Shown here one piece after another: positions 61,705 to 63,635 of a stretch of 63,635 nucleotides of DNA. The DNA is from Pocillopora damicornis (lineage: Eukaryota). The notes under the pieces were generated by a model. It did not search any database and was not told the DNA's origin. It saw nothing but the letters and a program-made list of their open reading frames with translations. How positions within the stretch are numbered: the stretch's first letter is position 1; the number at the start of each line of letters is the position of its first letter. The translations under genes were made by a program, and so were the position numbers. The stretch spans positions 1 to 63,635 of the forward strand of contig NW_020844094.1 of the NCBI RefSeq assembly GCF_003704095.1, read 5' to 3'.

Positions 61705-62113
61705 ATGACGATTTCCCAAAACATTACTGAAAATTTAGAGGAGAAAACCTACGAGCGGTTGTTTTGCTCTCAGGAAATAACTGCAGGAATACGCGGCTAT
61801 CTGATATTTCTTTCGGTGTTCAATGTTTTGCTGGCCATTTGTTCATCTCTGGGGAACATTCTGATCCTGATTGCCCTTCACAAAGCGACTACTCTTCACG
61901 CGCCATCAAAACTGTTTCTCAGATCCCTGGCTACAACTGATCTCCTTGTTGGTGTCATTTCTGAGCCTCTAACCGTCACGTACTGGATTTCAGCGGTGAG
62001 AAAACGATGGGATGAATGTTATAATATATTTCTCACCAGTTTCATTGTGGGGTATCTCCTCTGTGGCATATCTTTGTTGACAATGACTGCAATAAGCGTG
62101 GACAGACTTCTTG
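61705..62113 (+). CDS. Class A GPCR, 5' part (TM1-TM3), truncated by a gap; paralogue or allele of 39745
   Basis: MTISQNITEN...LGNILILIALHK...AISVDRLL; the upstream flank (61380-61704) is also similar to ~39293-39744. Confidence 0.85.
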
Positions 62114-63497
62114 NNNNNNNNNNNNNNNNNNNNNNNNNNNNNNNNNNNNNNNNNNNNNNNNNNNNNNNNNNNNNNNNNNNNNNNNNNNNNNNNNNNNNNN
62201 NNNNNNNNNNNNNGGCCTTTTCGATGAAAGTGAACGAGAGACCATGAAGTTGAGTCACATAAAAATGTTGAAAAGCTGTTGACGGCGGGATAAGCTTACA
62301 AGCTAATTATGATGACCGACGAATGAACACCTGCATCAAAANNNNNNNNNNNNNNNNNNNNNNNNNNNNNNNNNNNNNNNNNNNNNNNNNNNNNNNNNNN
62401 NNNNNNNNNNNNNNNNNNNNNNNNNNNNNNNNNNNNNNNNNNNNNNNNNNNNNNNNNNNNNNNNNNNNNNNNNNNNNNNNNNNNNNNNNNNNNNNNNNNN
62501 NNNNNNNNNNNNNNNNNNNNNNNNNNNNNNNNNNNNNNNNNNNNNNNNNNNNNNNNNNNNNNNNNNNNNNNNNNNNNNNNNNNNNNNNNNNNNNNNNNNN
62601 NNNNNNNNNNNNNNNNNNNNNNNNNNNNNNNNNNNNNNNNNNNNNNNNNNNNNNNNNNNNNNNNNNNNNNNNNNNNNNNNNNNNNNNNNNNNNNNNNNNN
62701 NNNNNNNNNNNNNNNNNNNNNNNNNNNNNNNNNNNNNNNNNNNNNNNNNNNNNNNNNNNNNNNNNNNNNNNNNNNNNNNNNNNNNNNNNNNNNNNNNNNN
62801 NNNNNNNNNNNNNNNNNNNNNNNNNNNNNNNNNNNGTGCATGAGTAAATGGAGACGTTACAGAATTAATTCCGTCCTTATCAATATATCTTACGCCATCG
62901 ATGTCATGTGACGTATAAATCAAATAAGAATTTCTGGGATAAAAAAATTATNNNNNNNNNNNNNNNNNNNNNNNNNNNNNNNNNNNNNNNNNNNNNNNNN
63001 NNNNNNNNNNNNNNNNNNNNNNNNNNNNNNNNNNNNNNNNNNNNNNNNNNNNNNNNNNNNNNNNNNNNNNNNNNNNNNNNNNNNNNNNNNNNNNNNNNNN
63101 NNNNNNNNNNNNNNNNNNNNNNNNNNNNNNNNNNNNNNNNNNNNNNNNNNNNNNNNNNNNNNNNNNNNNNNNNNNNNNNNNNNNNNNNNNNNNNNNNNNN
63201 NNNNNNNNNNNNNNNNNNNNNNNNNNNNNNNNNNNNNNNNNNNNNNNNNNNNNNNNNNNNNNNNNNNNNNNNNNNNNNNNNNNNNNNNNNNNNNNNNNNN
63301 NNNNNNNNNNNNNNNNNNNNNNNNNNNNNNNNNNNNNNNNNNNNNNNNNNNNNNNNNNNNNNNNNNNNNNNNNNNNNNNNNNNNNNNNNNNNNNNNNNNN
63401 NNNNNNNNNNNNNNNNNNNNNNNNNNNNNNNNNNNNNNNNNNNNNNNNNNNNNNNNNNNNNNNNNNNNNNNNNNNNNNNNNNNNNNGATCGATATTC

Positions 63498-63635
63498 ACC
63501 TTCACACGGATCTAATTCTACGCCGATGAAATGAAGTACACGTTCGTGTACAAGTACAGGTCCGACGTACTTGACTGTTCCTCGAAGTTTCCTAAACCTT
63601 TGAAAAAACAATACCTTCATACCTACTTCAATATA
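63498..63635 (-). CDS. CAP-Gly exon (copy 3), from another paralogue or cassette extending beyond the window
   Basis: IEVGMKVLFFQRFRKLRGTVKYVGPVLVHERVLHFIGVELDPCE, then a G|gtgaat donor. Confidence 0.7.

Noticed and set aside
46704-63620. Long ORFs composed mostly of X
   Set aside because: Artefacts of translating through N gaps.

Overview
This is eukaryotic genomic DNA from an AT-rich, intron-rich draft scaffold with many N gaps. The repeat families and gene content suggest a cnidarian, probably a scleractinian coral (inference). The left half (1-25 kb) holds five spliced housekeeping genes: UBXN1 (-), an unnamed 14-exon gene (-) head-to-head with a Rab15 orthologue (+), and FAU (-) head-to-head with MRPL49 (+), the same arrangement as in human. 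The unnamed gene appears to join an SLX4IP-type N-terminal domain to a PWWP3A/MUM1-type C-terminal domain. The right half (32-63 kb) is a gap-rich, duplicated region. It holds a small ORF with two PKI-like RRNA pseudosubstrate motifs and a DSGYDS degron, and about 10 intronless class A GPCR genes, fragments and pseudogenes. It also holds a TRAF-type zinc-finger/coiled-coil gene that ends in a CAP-Gly domain instead of a MATH domain, with duplicated CAP-Gly terminal cassettes. Interspersed repeats include TTAA-flanked MITEs, Penelope-type repeats carrying minimal hammerhead ribozyme cores, a decayed tRNA-derived SINE and THAP remnants. All protein-family calls come from manual splicing, translation and recalled motifs; no database searches were run, and exon boundaries may be off by a few bases.
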